Below are positions 1-13,759 of a stretch of 64,000 nucleotides of DNA, in pieces. This stretch comes from Octopus sinensis. Taxonomy: Eukaryota. Below the pieces are notes generated by a model. The model ran no database searches. It was not told the DNA's origin and worked only from the letters and a program-made list of their open reading frames with translations. A program made the translations under genes and the position numbers. Position 1 is the stretch's first letter, and each line of letters begins with the position of its first letter. The stretch lies in assembly GCF_006345805.1 (NCBI RefSeq), contig NC_042997.1, positions 5,456,001 through 5,520,000 on the forward strand. Reading direction: 5' to 3'.

Positions 1-272
1 TTTATATGATTGTGTTCTCGAGCAAGGCACTTTATTTCACGTTGCCCCAGTTCACTCAGCTGTAGAAATGAGTTGCGACGTCACAGGTGCCAAGCTGTAT
101 CGACCTTTGTATTTCCCTTGGATAACACTGGTGGCGTGGAGAGGGGAGGCCGGTATGCATGGGTGACTGCTGGCCTTCCATAAACAACCTTGCCCGGACT
201 TGTGTCTAGGAGGGTAACTTTCTAGGTGCAATCCCATGGTCATTCATGACCGAAGGGGGTCTTTACCCTTTA
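1..272 (+). mobile_element. 3' part of a tRNA-derived SINE (cut by window start)
   Basis: Starts with the 'ttgtgttctcgagcaaggcactttatttcacgttgccccagttcactcagctg' block shared with the SINE at 1454-1700, then a different 3' body ending in 'ctttaccctttacttt'. Confidence 0.7.
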
Positions 273-1003
273 CTTTACAAGTACCAGCTCCACTACAAAT
301 AATTAAACACAGACGCATGAGCGTAAGCAAAAGAAAATGTACGGACTTCCTGGAAGTGGATGCCACACGAGAAAAATATTAGATGTGTAACTGTATGAAA
401 AAAAACATTAAAAATATGCGTTAGGGTGATGTAAAAATTATTGCTATTTAAAGAAGTGAATTATATTCCCTAAAAAAATGAAAGATTAAAATGGGAGATG
501 TTATGGGGATAATAGTAATAAGGGTGCACCCATCCCACGGGACGATTGGTAAGTAATAGTCATTATAAATAATGTCAGTCAGTGTCAATAAAAAGTACGA
601 AGTAAATGTTGATTGATAGTCGTGGTCTTGTCTAACTACACTGCTATACAGGAAGAAGCGTGATACCAGTTTGACGAAAGGATTACCACACACACACACA
701 CACACGCGCACACACACATACACAAACATATTCCGGATACACTGCTGTGGTTCAAGAGATACTCTCTTAGTAAGACTATCTAAAATAATGATATTTTTAA
801 TGTTTTAATATCATTTTGAGAACAAAAAGTCAACATTGTGTATTTTAACAATGCTTTTTTCTAGCTGGCCCAAGTTAAGACGTCAGTGAACAATTACTGT
901 CAACAGATGAAACTCGTGATCTATATAGGTACAAGTATAACCACTTAAGCTTCAGAAACGAAACAGGTATGTAGGTGCGTCTATATGAATGTGTGTGTGT
1001 GTG

Positions 1004-1069
<66 letters not shown>

Positions 1070-1076
1070 TTGTGTG

Positions 1077-1141
<65 letters not shown>

Positions 1142-1199
1142 CATACATACATAGATACATACATACGTACATTTACATAAATATATATACATGGTTATA

Positions 1200-1230
<31 letters not shown>

Positions 1231-1453
1231 TATATATATATACACACACACACTTATATATACATATGTACACACGCCCACACAAAAACACAGAGCGCGC
1301 ATGAATGCTTGTATACATGTATGTATTCATATGCATGAGCATATGTGAGTGTGTGCGTGTGTGTATATGTTTAAATAAATACATATATATATATATGTGC
1401 GTGTGTGTGTGTGTGTGTATTTTTTAATGTGTGTATATATATATAATATATGT

Positions 1454-1700
1454 GGAGGCGCGTGGCTTAGTGGTTAGGGTGTCAGCATCATGGTCTTAAG
1501 ATTGTCGTTTCGATTCCTGGACCGGCGACGCGTTGTGTTCTTGAGCAAAACACTTCATTTTACGTTGCTCCAGTCAACTCAGCTGGCAAAAATGAGTAAC
1601 GCTGCGATGGACTGGCGTCCCGTCCAGCTGGGGAACACATACGCCATAGAAAACGGGAAACCGGGCCCATGAGCCTGGCTAGGCTGTAAAGGGCGCATTT
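1454..1700 (+). mobile_element. tRNA-derived SINE with V-SINE-like central domain
   Basis: A-box-like GGCTTAGTGG and B-box-like GTTTCGATTCC, followed by 'ctgcgatggactggcgtcccgtccag', which resembles the V-SINE domain. A decayed copy lies at ~30746-30955. Confidence 0.75.
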
Positions 1701-1731
1701 ATTATGTATATATAATATATATATATATATA

Positions 1732-1940
1732 ATGGGAAGGTTTATGAAAATAAACAAAAGACGAAGGCAGGTGGAGTACAAACAAACAATGTATTAGTAT
1801 GGCGCTCAGGAATATAAATAAAACAAGTCTTTTACGTTTCGAGCCTACGCTCTTCGACAGAAAGATACGTAGATAAGAAACAAGGAGAGAAATAAGGAGA
1901 TAAAAAATTGCGTGTAGGGGCTAACGATCCAACATGGCGT
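1732..1940 (-). mobile_element. ~200-bp hammerhead-bearing Penelope pLTR-like mini-element (family A, copy 1)
   Basis: Near-identical to 16302-16485 (-) and 20144-20350 (+), more diverged from 16820-17004 (+). Flanked by (TA)n on both sides. Confidence 0.85.
1828..1865 (-). ncRNA. Minimal type I hammerhead ribozyme motif, A6U core variant
   Basis: Minus strand reads TCTTT-CTGTCGA-A-GAGC(GTAG)GCTC-GAAA-CGT-A-AAAGA: 5-bp stem I, core, 4-bp stem II, GAAA, palindromic ACGU stem III, GUA cleavage triplet. Confidence 0.75.
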
Positions 1941-2699
1941 TATATATATGTATATATATAAATTTACATAAATGTATGCACTTGTATGTATACAGACTTA
2001 TATATATATATATATGCACATACACGCAAACACATACAAGCACATACCGACAAACACACACACACGCTGAAAAGTGTGTGTCTGTGTGTACTTTTTGTGA
2101 GTGTAAAAGTATAACCATCGTAGCATATTTCTTGCAGTACTTGCGCATTCGAATATATTAGATTTATGCCGGTGCACCTATATGCCAGAGAAAGAGTGCA
2201 CATGATGGCCCACGAGTGTGGGTTTGATTAAATATATATGTGTGCGTGTATGCATATATATGTTTGTGTGTGTATGTATATATACATACATACATATATA
2301 TCTGTACATATATATATTCGCATACATATATATACATATATATAGGTGGGGTGCTGTGTGTGTTGTGTTCATCACATACATTCTATCTTTGACTGTGCGT
2401 GTCTTAACGTCTCTTATGGTAATGATATCTCAGCACTATGTATAGATTACTTGTGTATAAAAGTGTGTAAGTAGCGGCTGATTGCTTGAATGTAAATGAA
2501 GCAAAATACTAAAAGAAACACTCGAGGTTAAGCAAGGAAAATATGGCATTATGCTAAATCGATCATTCAATCGATCGATCACATCTGTTATTAGCGAGGT
2601 GAAATTGCTTTCAAGCTAAGAGGATAAATCCCTATTACTCCAGAGCGCAATCAATGTCTATCTAGAGCACAAGAAGTAATTTTGACTCAGCTTGATAAC

Positions 2700-2949
<250 letters not shown>

Positions 2950-2950
<1 letters not shown>

Positions 2951-3107
2951 ACATATACATATATATATATACATATATACATATACATATATTATATATA
3001 TATATAAACATATACATATATATACATATACACATTATATATATATATATATAACATATATATATACACATATACATATATACATATATATGTACATATA
3101 CATATAC

Positions 3108-3138
<31 letters not shown>

Positions 3139-3188
3139 CATATATATACATATATACATATATATATATATATAACATATATATATAC

Positions 3189-3237
<49 letters not shown>

Positions 3238-3242
3238 TATAC

Positions 3243-3276
<34 letters not shown>

Positions 3277-3717
3277 ACATATGCATATATATACATATTA
3301 TATACATATATATATATATACATACATATATACATATATACATACATATATACATACATATATATATACGTGTCATACATGTCCATGTGTGTGTATGTGT
3401 GAGTGTATGTGTGTCTGTGTGTGTATCTGTATGCGTGTGTGTATTATGTATTTATCCAAGTATATATGTTGTTTATATTTGTAAGTGTAGAGATACATTC
3501 ATGTCAAAATACGTATATATTAATTTCTGTCTTTGTGAGCGCTCTTGCGTACAAGTAACACATCGCATTATCTCACAGAGGCAAGCATTTACACTTACAT
3601 ACATAAATAAACATATGAATGCATGTGTGTGTGTTTGAGTGAATGTGCGTGAGTGAGTGAGTGAGTGAGAGAAAAAACGGGGCAGAGGGAGAGCGAGAGA
3701 AAGTGTGTGTGTGCGTG

Positions 3718-3750
<33 letters not shown>

Positions 3751-3986
3751 CGTGTTTGTGTGTGGTGTGTGTTGTGTGTGTGTGTGTGTGTCTTTAGCCA
3801 GAGCAGAGATATGGTTACCATGCTACTCAAGAGACTAAACCGATACTATCATCATCAGCATTGCTTTGTAAAAGGGATGAGTTTCAGACAGAGTGCAATT
3901 AAAAACAATATATCTTAACAAAGAATACATAATCTCCTGAGAGGCAATAAGCTGAGTATTTATGGATGTGTGTGAGTATATATACG

Positions 3987-4030
<44 letters not shown>

Positions 4031-4064
4031 CATGTGTGTATGTATGTATATACATACAATCGTG

Positions 4065-4112
<48 letters not shown>

Positions 4113-4165
4113 CATATATATATACACATATACATATATACATATATATGTACATATACATATAC

Positions 4166-4196
<31 letters not shown>

Positions 4197-4246
4197 CATA
4201 TATATACATATATACATATATATATATATATAACATATATATATAC

Positions 4247-4295
<49 letters not shown>

Positions 4296-4300
4296 TATAC

Positions 4301-4334
<34 letters not shown>

Positions 4335-4764
4335 ACATATGCATATATATACATATTATATACATATATATATATATACATACATATATACATATATACA
4401 TACATATATACATACATATATATATACGTGTCATACATGTCCATGTGTGTGTATGTGTGAGTGTATGTGTGTCTGTGTGTGTATCTGTATGCGTGTGTGT
4501 ATTATGTATTATCCAAGTATATATGTTGTTTATATTTGTAAGTGTAGAGATACATTCATGTCAAAATACGTATATATTAATTTCTGTCTTTGTGAGCGCT
4601 CTTGCGTACAAGTAACACATCGCATTATCTCACAGAGGCAAGCATTTACACTTACATACATAAATAAACATATGAATGCATGTGTGTGTGTTTGAGTGAA
4701 TGTGCGTGAGTGAGTGAGTGAGTGAGAGAAAAAACGGGGCAGAGGGAGAGCGAGAGAAAGTGTG

Positions 4765-4798
<34 letters not shown>

Positions 4799-4809
4799 GT
4801 GTGCGTGCG

Positions 4810-4850
<41 letters not shown>

Positions 4851-5389
4851 TGTCTTTAGCCAGAGCAGAGATATGGTTACCATGCTACTCAAGAGACTAA
4901 ACCGATACTATCATCATCAGCATTGCTTTGTAAAAGGGATGAGTTTCAGACAGAGTGCAATTAAAAACAATATATCTTAACAAAGAATACATAATCTCCT
5001 GAGAGGCAATAAGCTGAGTATTTATGGATGTGTGTGAGTATATATATATACGTGTCATACATGTCCATGTGTGTGTATGTGTGAGTGTATGTGTGTCTGT
5101 GTGTGTATCTGTATGCGTGTGTGTATTATGTATTTATCCAAGTATATATGTTGTTTATATTTGTAAGTGTAGAGATACATTCATGTCAAAATACGTATAT
5201 ATTAATTTCTGTCTTTGTGAGCGCTCTTGCGTACAAGTAACACATCGCATTATCTCACAGAGGCAAGCATTTACACTTACATACATAAATAAACATATGA
5301 ATGCATGTGTGTGTGTTTGAGTGAATGTGCGTGAGTGAGTGAGTGAGTGAGAGAAAAAACGGGGCAGAGGGAGAGCGAGAGAAAGTGTG

Positions 5390-5431
<42 letters not shown>

Positions 5432-5674
5432 CGTGTTTGTGTGTGTGTGTGTGTGTGGTGTGTGTGTGTGTGTGTGTCTTTAGCCAGAGCAGAGATATGG
5501 TTACCATGCTACTCAAGAGACTAAACCGATACTATCATCATCAGCATTGCTTTGTAAAAGGGATGAGTTTCAGACAGAGTGCAATTAAAAACAATATATC
5601 TTAACAAAGAATACATAATCTCCTGAGAGGCAATAAGCTGAGTATTTATGGATGTGTGTGAGTATATATATACG

Positions 5675-5716
<42 letters not shown>

Positions 5717-5880
5717 TGTGTGTATGTATGTATATACATACAATCGTGTATATATACACACACACACACACACATATATATTATATATATATATATATAA
5801 TATATATATATATTATATATTATATATATATATATATTATATATATATATATACCTATATATATACATACATATATATTT
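2950..5880 (+). repeat. Tandem triplication of a ~610-620 bp core plus TA-rich arrays
   Basis: Marker 'cgtgtcatacatgtccatg' at 3370, 4427 and 5051. The end marker 'gagtatttatggatgtgtgtgag' recurs three times. Copies are near-identical. Confidence 0.95.
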
Positions 5881-6233
5881 ACATATATATACATATAGTT
5901 ACTGCAACAGCTTGTGTTTCAAAGGCCCACAGCTTAATAATATTCTCCCAAAGAGCCTGAGAGAACAAAGTGAAATTAGGTGTTTTCAAAACCAAACTTG
6001 ATCTCTTCTTGTCGGGAGTTCCAGATGTACCTACCTCGAGGCAGGGGGTGCAAATGCGGGCAGCAATATCAAATACCTGTCGCGCTAACGTTTCTGCCAT
6101 TTCGCCACCTTAATGAAGGCTCAATGATAGCATCATCCTGAGCCAGTTGTTGAAGGTAAAAGGGGCACTACCTTCTGGGATCTTCTGCTCAACACTGACA
6201 ACGATCCAGGCTAATCGATCAGGCACAATTAGT

Positions 6234-6389
6234 AAAGACAGGGAAGAAAATACTTGTAGACTAATAGATGTGTTTTCACAGATAAAAATATATCTATACA
6301 GGAAGTTAAGAAATTAAGTAAATATAAGGACCTGGAATTTGTAATACATCTTAAAGCGGGAACTGTTTCTGTTATTGTAGGTTCCCTAG
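6234..6389 (+). pseudogene. Decayed RLE-domain fragment of a Dong/R4-type LINE
   Basis: Translates, with a frameshift, to KDREENTCRLIDV / DKNISIQEVKKLSKYKDLEFVIHLKAGTVSVIVGSL. This aligns to KDQNNKVCLLIDM / DHNISAKEFDKLRKYKDLLIEIEKMWHLKAVTIPVIVGAL of the 34-38 kb element. Confidence 0.75.
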
Positions 6390-6484
6390 AGAAATCCAAA
6401 AGATTGTGCTGACGAGTACTAATCACATTCTTACAAAAGCCCTATCAATTTAAATGAAGATATTTCACTACTGTTCCTGCCACA

Positions 6485-6582
6485 AGAAGAAGAAGAAGAA
6501 GAAGAAGAAGAAGAAGAAGAAGAAGAAGAAGAAGAAGAGAAGAAGAAGAAGAAGAAGAAGAAGAAGAAAAAGAAGAAGAAGA
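6485..6582. repeat. (GAA)n microsatellite
   Basis: Direct reading of the sequence. Confidence 0.95.
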
Positions 6583-7559
6583 CTATAGTAAATGGTATTA
6601 TAGTTGAGCACTGGACACATACCATGCGGCCCATGGTACTTTTGGTTCTTGGCCTTCTCATTTTAGATCCTTATGCGGTCTACTTTGCTACTTTACGTTT
6701 CACCCATATCCGGATTAAGACATTATAAGCAAGTGCTAGTTCAATGCTGTATGGATACATACATACATTCATACATGCATACATTCATACATAAAGCGAT
6801 ACAATAGTGTTCAATATTGGAATCGATTGCACATTTATGATCGTGAGTATTATTTATAAGATTTCATAGTGACAAAAGACTATATATTCTTATATATGCC
6901 AGGACAGTAATAGATGAAATTGAATGGGACTTAATCTATTGATTCTGGATGAATGAAAGAATGACAATGTCAACTCTCCTGGGACAGCAACTAAGAACGT
7001 AAAAGGATAGAAACGAATTTTGAAATTTATTAAAGTAGAAATTCTATATTTTATGGCACTGAATAATCCGATCATTGATATTTCTTATAAATATATTACA
7101 AAAATAATAATGGTTTCTATCATCGCTACGTGTCCATGCAAGTAGAAAGGAGATATAACCGGAGATTTAATTAACCCAGTACTTGATTTCTGAACCCATA
7201 AGGAAGAATTAGTTAGTTCAAGTTCGATGGAATTTGAACTTAAAACATAAAGAGAAATATCTAAATACCATATGGAATATTGTTCGTCGCTCTGCCAATA
7301 CTCTCAATCTGCATAATTTGATACACAAATCTATTTGCGTCCACTCTCTACTCATCTCTTATTAATAAATATTAGAATATCCAGAGCGTCCTGTAGTTTT
7401 GAAGATTCGGTAGAATATCGAGTAAATTAACTTTACATTTATAGTTCAAACGCCGCTGATCTCAATTTTAATTATCCTCTTTCTGGTGTCAAAATTTAAG
7501 AATCCATCAAAATTTAAAGTATCTGGAACCCAGTTATGTACTCATAATATTCTTTCTTA

Positions 7560-7710
7560 TACAGGCACAATGCCTAAAGTTTGAGAGAGGAGTTCGTCGA
7601 GTACATCGATTCCAGTACTTGAAGTGTTCTTTATTTTATCGACCCAGAAAAATGAAAGACAAAGTTGAAATCGGCAGTACTTGAACTCAGAATGTAAAGA
7701 GTCGGTGCGA
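7560..7710 (-). mobile_element. Decayed tRNA-derived SINE (family of 53951-54185)
   Basis: Reverse complement shows 'ttctgagttcaa...gccgatttcaactttgtctttcat...gggtcgataaaataaaga'. A similar fragment lies at ~7175-7290. Confidence 0.6.
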
Positions 7711-8278
7711 TGATTGTTTGCTTATCGCCTTTTAGTATGCCTATGATAATGCATTCTCTATGTGAATGAGGTTACAAGGGGAGATTGAAGCAATGTGTCT
7801 TCTCCTCTTTTCCGACACAATAGCCTACAAAACAGGAAAAAAAAAAAACAAGAAAAAAAAAACGACGTTATACATTTACAAAGTCGATAACATTTGTTAA
7901 ATTCTCTCTAAATGTTTCCGTTTCAGAAATTATTTAAAAGTTTACAACTGGTGACTATCCCACGCTCTCAGTGTGCTGCCTTGTTAATTTTAAAATGATA
8001 ACTTGTAAACATGAGTTTATTTCACGCGCATATATAAACGGATAAATGTTTAATAAAAAAAGGGATGAAGAGGTAAACAATTAATGTCAAGACATGCCGT
8101 ATTATTGTTGCAGGAGAAGACCAGCATATACCATAACCATAATGAACATTCTTAGCTGATCTTTTATCAATTTCTTGTGATCCAAACTCTTTTAACATTC
8201 AGTTCTACCTTCATGTTTTCTCAGTGTTTAAATACCAGTTGTTTGCCTCTTTATAATGTTATTCTGTTATAGACATAT

Positions 8279-8628
8279 GGAGGCGCAATGACCCAGTGGT
8301 TAGGGCAGCGGACTCGCAGTCGTAGTATCGCGGTTTCGTTTTTCAAACCGGGCGTTGTGAGTGTTTATTCAGCGAAAACACCTAAAGCTCCACGAGGTTC
8401 CAGCAGGTTGTAGTGGCGAACCCTGCTGTACTCTTTCACCAAAACTTTCTGTCACACTTTCTTCCTGTTGTACCTGTACTTCCAAAGAGTCAGCCTTGTC
8501 ACAGTCCGTCTCATGCTGTACACGTGGTTTCTGGAGTGTTCAGCCACCTGCATGTTAATTTCACGAGCATGCTGCTCCGCTGATCGGATCAACTGGAATC
8601 CTCGTCGTCGTAACCGACGGAGTGCCAC
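8279..8628 (+). mobile_element. tRNA-derived SINE (distinct family, possibly Meta-domain type)
   Basis: Head GGAGGCGCAATGACCCAGTGGTTAGGGC with GGTTTCG B-box-like motif, and a body ending 'gtaaccgacggagtgcca'. The domain name is from memory only. Confidence 0.7.
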
Positions 8629-8764
8629 GATTATATACATATCTGATCGATTGAAAAACTGCTTGTAACCAATTTTCACTAGGTGGGTATAAAGTTTCTA
8701 CTTTTTTAGTTGCTCTTCAAGTTGGAGTTTAAGCAGTAGCTTAAGATGAACATCAATTGTCATC

Positions 8765-8985
8765 AAGGCGGCGAGCTTGCAGAATTGTTAGCACGTCGGG
8801 CAAAATAATTAGCGTCATTTCGTCTGTCTGTACGTTCAGAGTTCACATTCCACCGAGGTCGATTTTTGCCTTTCATCATTTCGAGCTGGATAAAATAAGC
8901 ACCAGTTGAGTACTGAGGTCGATGCAATCGACTTATCCCCTCCCCCGAAATTGCTCACCATGAGCCAAAATTTGAAAATGTTAAC
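8765..8985 (+). mobile_element. tRNA-derived SINE (family of 53951-54185)
   Basis: 'aaggcggcgagcttgcagaattgttagcacgtcgggc...gagttcacattccaccgaggtcg' aligns to the 53951 copy. Confidence 0.8.
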
Positions 8986-9814
8986 TTATACACAATCAGG
9001 GGTAATATTAAATGAGTCTTATATACGGATATAAGTACACCCATTCAAGTGAGATATAAGGAAAATCAAAGAGATATCTTGAGATTTTTTTTTTTGAGAG
9101 TAAGATTCTATTCAAATTAGAATGTATATGAAAAAGTTGTTGCGGTTTTGTTGCAGCTATTTTCGTTTTGTTTGTTGTTTTTGCTGCTGCAGTTCTTGAA
9201 TTTTTTGTAGTTGTTCACCCCTATGTCAGAACTGATCAAGCAGACATGTGCTTAGAATATATTCCAGTCATGAAGACCCTGTCATTTTTTGCATGACGTA
9301 TTACTACGCTGTCCGTTCCATTTTTGAACTATTTTTAGAGACAATGGAAAGTGATTCTAGGTATATTTGGTTGCTGTTTCAAACAGATCGACCCACCTCA
9401 CAGAGGCTCCCTCTCACTCTTTAATTCCATATATAAGCTATGCTAAAAGAAAGTATAAATAAATCAATACAGAAAATTGCATGCCGTTCTAACAGCAACA
9501 ATAAAAAATAGAAAAGAAAGGAAGTGCTGAAGAAATCAATAACGTAGATGAAGAAATCACCAAATAAACATTCGATATATGGAAAATTAAAAGCTACTAA
9601 AAGGTAGGTCGATATATCTTGCTGTTGTGTAGCTATAAGTCAATGCTAATCGGGAGGGCTATGATCAAACGGTCGCATCCATATCAAGCCAGAATTGTTT
9701 AATAAATTTTAGTCTCTGGATAAACAATATTCCAGTAAGTCGCTTAACAATGAATTTGCAACAAAATATCGACAATTATTCTCTCTCTATCTCCCTCTTT
9801 TGTAATATCACCAG

Positions 9815-9979
9815 TGAATGCAAATGGGCAGCAGCATATACCAAAATTACGAGGACCTTGCCACGTAGTACCATTGGCCCTTGGTAGCGTTATAAAGAGG
9901 GTTACTGACAAGAGATGCCACATTCGCGTCGTCGTCTCCAATAGCCAGCTGATGCAACGAATATTCAGTATTTCAAGAT
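9815..9979 (+). other. Candidate coding exon (unverified)
   Basis: Long pyrimidine tract + CAG acceptor at 9814, 165 nt open in phase 1-1, weak GTATTT donor. No recognised homology. Confidence 0.2.
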
Positions 9980-10083
9980 GTATTTGCACACACACACACA
10001 CACACACACACGCGTGCGTCTGTGTGTGTGCGTGTTGCATACGTATGCACATAAGTATGTATGTTTGTGTATATGTGTATGTA

Positions 10084-10152
<69 letters not shown>

Positions 10153-10212
10153 ATTCTTACAAACACATATCTAAAAATTGTACATAAATACATGAATATA
10201 CATATATATACC

Positions 10213-10244
<32 letters not shown>

Positions 10245-10298
10245 CCAACATACATACATACATATACCTACCTACATACATACATACGTATACCTACC

Positions 10299-10359
<61 letters not shown>

Positions 10360-10733
10360 GTGTGTGTTAGCGAAATTATTCTACAATCTATGTGTGATCG
10401 ATATGTAAAAAAAAATTGTGGTTTTGATGAACACTTCAAAGAAGATAGCTGAACAGATTGATAGGATGGTTGCCTTCGTTGCAGAAATGAAGAAATATTA
10501 TTTTTCAAGATGTTTGAAATAATGTCTTGTTAGCAATATCTCTTTTTCTTTTTCAATTCGTTTTCTTTTTTTTTTTTGTATCTCCAAATAACATTTTTTC
10601 TCTCTCATTTTCTTTAAAAAGTGCGAGCGATTTTGAACATGTGAATGTCTACGTAATATCTGTAGTTAAAGTTCATGTGTATGCGTGTATGTGTATATCT
10701 TTGTATGCATATATATATATATATATATAAATT

Positions 10734-10798
<65 letters not shown>

Positions 10799-11149
10799 GT
10801 ATGTATATATGTACACACACACACACTTGAACTGTAACTACAGATATGTACGCAGACATTCAAATTAGTAATGAAAAATAATGAAAAATAATGATTAGTA
10901 GAAAATACAAATCCGTATTTGGGCGTATAACAAGTCATTGAAATATATATACACATACACACGCACACACATATATATATATATGTATATATTTCAATAA
11001 TTTTATATTTCCTACTAAGCATTATTTTTCAGCATAATATGAGTAGTCCGAGCCCATTATGTATATTACTATATTTGAATACCATAATATTAAAATAGCG
11101 TTTTGAATAAAGGGGATGGATGGATTGATAGATGGATTAATGGTTGGAT

Positions 11150-11295
<146 letters not shown>

Positions 11296-11649
11296 ATATG
11301 CAGTTAGATGAGTCAATTCAGGTAAATTAATTTTTCAATGAAGTTTTCCATTTCTGTTGTGAACCTGCCATAAAACGAATCAGAGAAATCAAGGAAATGG
11401 TAAATATCATCTCCTTAGCAAAATTAAAATATATTAAATCTATCTATAAAAGCAACGAGTGAAATGATAATTCCATCACTTTTGCTTATTTATCTAACAT
11501 CATTGAAGTATGCTAGTCTGTGGTGATGGGCGTGTATGTGCGCGCGTGTGTATCGTCTATATAATCTATATTGTTAATGCTTTGGCCTCGTAGCCTTATT
11601 CATGTAAGCTATTCTATACATCGCCCAATTATTTCAGTTCGTGGTGAAA

Positions 11650-13100
11650 ACAGGTCCAATGGTAATACACACTCCAGTCGTTCTCTCCACTTGATTTTTT
11701 TTAGCACTTTCCTCTTTTGTTCCAGTTCTAATATCCAGTCTATTCTCAAGACCTTTCTATATAAATGTATATTTTTTATAATTTAAAAATGTCTTTATGA
11801 TTTACAATATCAAGGGCATTTTGTACAATCAATGAAACATAAATACAGGTTTTCCTGTACTATAAATGATGTCTTCGTATTGCTTCTCAGAATTAACAAA
11901 GCTTCAGCTGCTCCTTTGTATCCACAATCAATTTTCTCCTTTTAATATCACATGCATATCTTGTTTACCTCGATGTAAGTATCAACGCTCGCAGCAATAT
12001 TTTTGCCACATGTCTCACAAGGCAGATGGCTTTGTGTAGTTCACACATGTTTTGGGGAGTGATACACAGATTCATTGGAATATTTCATCTGGAATCTTTC
12101 CTGTTTTAAAAGTGTTTCTAACCACGCTTGCTATTTTCTCAGTTTCACATTCTTCGAATATTACAATCCTACTTGTACGAATATCATTTCATGAAGGTGT
12201 TACATATTTGTCAACGCATGCCTGTCCTCTATTTTTAAGATAGTTATGACCTTTAACGATACTTCGTATCTGCAAGTGTTCGTCATTTGTGCTATAGTAT
12301 AGCTGTCTGATGTATTCAGTCCATCTTTTGAAAAATTTTCTTCCCTTTTTCCATTATTAGGTCTCCTTTCTTTGATTTCGTACAACCTTTTCATCAATAT
12401 ATTTCTTTCCCTTTTAGTTGTTTAATTTTCCTGCATGGCATTTGAAATCCTGTGGAACAGATTCTCATGTTATTACATTCTTTTTACAACCACTGTTCTT
12501 TTGCCTGATTGCATCTCGTTTTTATCCTCTCCCTCATTTTTTCTCATTAGTTTTGGTTATTCTTCTCTTTCTCATGAGAGATTTAATCTCATCTGTCATC
12601 CATCACTTATATGTCACTGGCTCTACTCGTGGCATTGTATACTTTACTGAAGCATTTTTTACTCCCCCGAGGATTTCCTACATAGGTTTCTACATCTGCT
12701 CGATCTTCCAGCAGTGCATATATTTTTTTAACCTCTATTGATTATATTCTCTCTGATATTCTAATTTTTAAGAAAAATCATAAGTGCAGCTTTGGTGATC
12801 TAAAGAATCTTTTGGATTTTCTCAGTTTTACAATTAATTAGTTGAATTAGATCATAGTCACTACTGCAATATTCTCATTAATATGCCTGGTAGGTTTTAA
12901 CTGAATTGCGATACTGTTTTACTGTTTTACTGTTTTACAATTTGAGTTTTGGTGTTCTCCCCATACGTTTTCCAGATGCATACCCACATCTTGCGTTTCC
13001 TACCTTATGCACAGATGTATAGCTCATAGGTATCTCGGCTCTCAATTCAAATAACGTAGCCATTTCTTCAGAAATACTATCAAAAGAGCATCTCCACATA
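11650..13100 (-). pseudogene. Decayed RTE-clade LINE (end of APE endonuclease, linker, start of RT)
   Basis: Broken-frame translations RNSVKTYQA (cf. VKTYPGAD), KRWTEYIRQLY and ELHKAICLVRHVAKILLRAL (cf. RTISLMSHITKILLRIL), plus an LYLCFID-like motif. Many stops and indels. Confidence 0.7.
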
Positions 13101-13759
13101 GATAAGATCACTAAAAGACCAACATAACACCGAATATATGATTAAAACATCTGTAGCATGTATACAGCATAGAGGTTGAATGTTATTTCGCAATCAGTAA
13201 AACGGAGAGAAAATTGTAAATTTAAAATGTAAGCTGATCACTCGTTGTATGAAAATTTTCGAATCCAACCAAAAAACACTGATTTCTGCGCCGAAAACAC
13301 TGGGCGAGATTCATAGTTCTCGTTATATACTCCAATAATAATAGAGGTTACTAGGGATTTCCTGTTTTACATCTGAACTATATATCCGGCATGAAACGTA
13401 GTTATTCAAAATCCGAATTCCCGAATCAAGTTTTATATTCTGTATTCATAAATATGTTTGTTTATATTTACTCGTATACATAAATATTTCGGATTTTAAA
13501 AAATCTTTAATGATGTAATTGCATAGCTATAAATAATATATTATGTATTATGTATTTATATGTACAGAAGTATATTTCTTCCGGTATATGTGCATTTATA
13601 TATTTTTGTCCCTTTAATTATATATCGTGAGTATATACCCATTAAACAAAAAAATCAACAATTTCAATAAAAATGGAGAAGAGAGTATATAAGAGAATTT
13701 TAATTCATGCAGACAATCGTTTTGTACTGCGATATAAAAGTCGTGCAAATACATAGTTG

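Noticed and set aside
6685-6738. Minus-strand GAAA-CGT-A-AAGT with upstream ACTT, resembling a hammerhead
   Set aside because: The core reads CTTATAA with an extra base and stem II is poor; too decayed to call.
13373-13406. CTGAA...GAAACGTA hammerhead-like words
   Set aside because: No G8-A9, no stem II partner and no stem I pairing.
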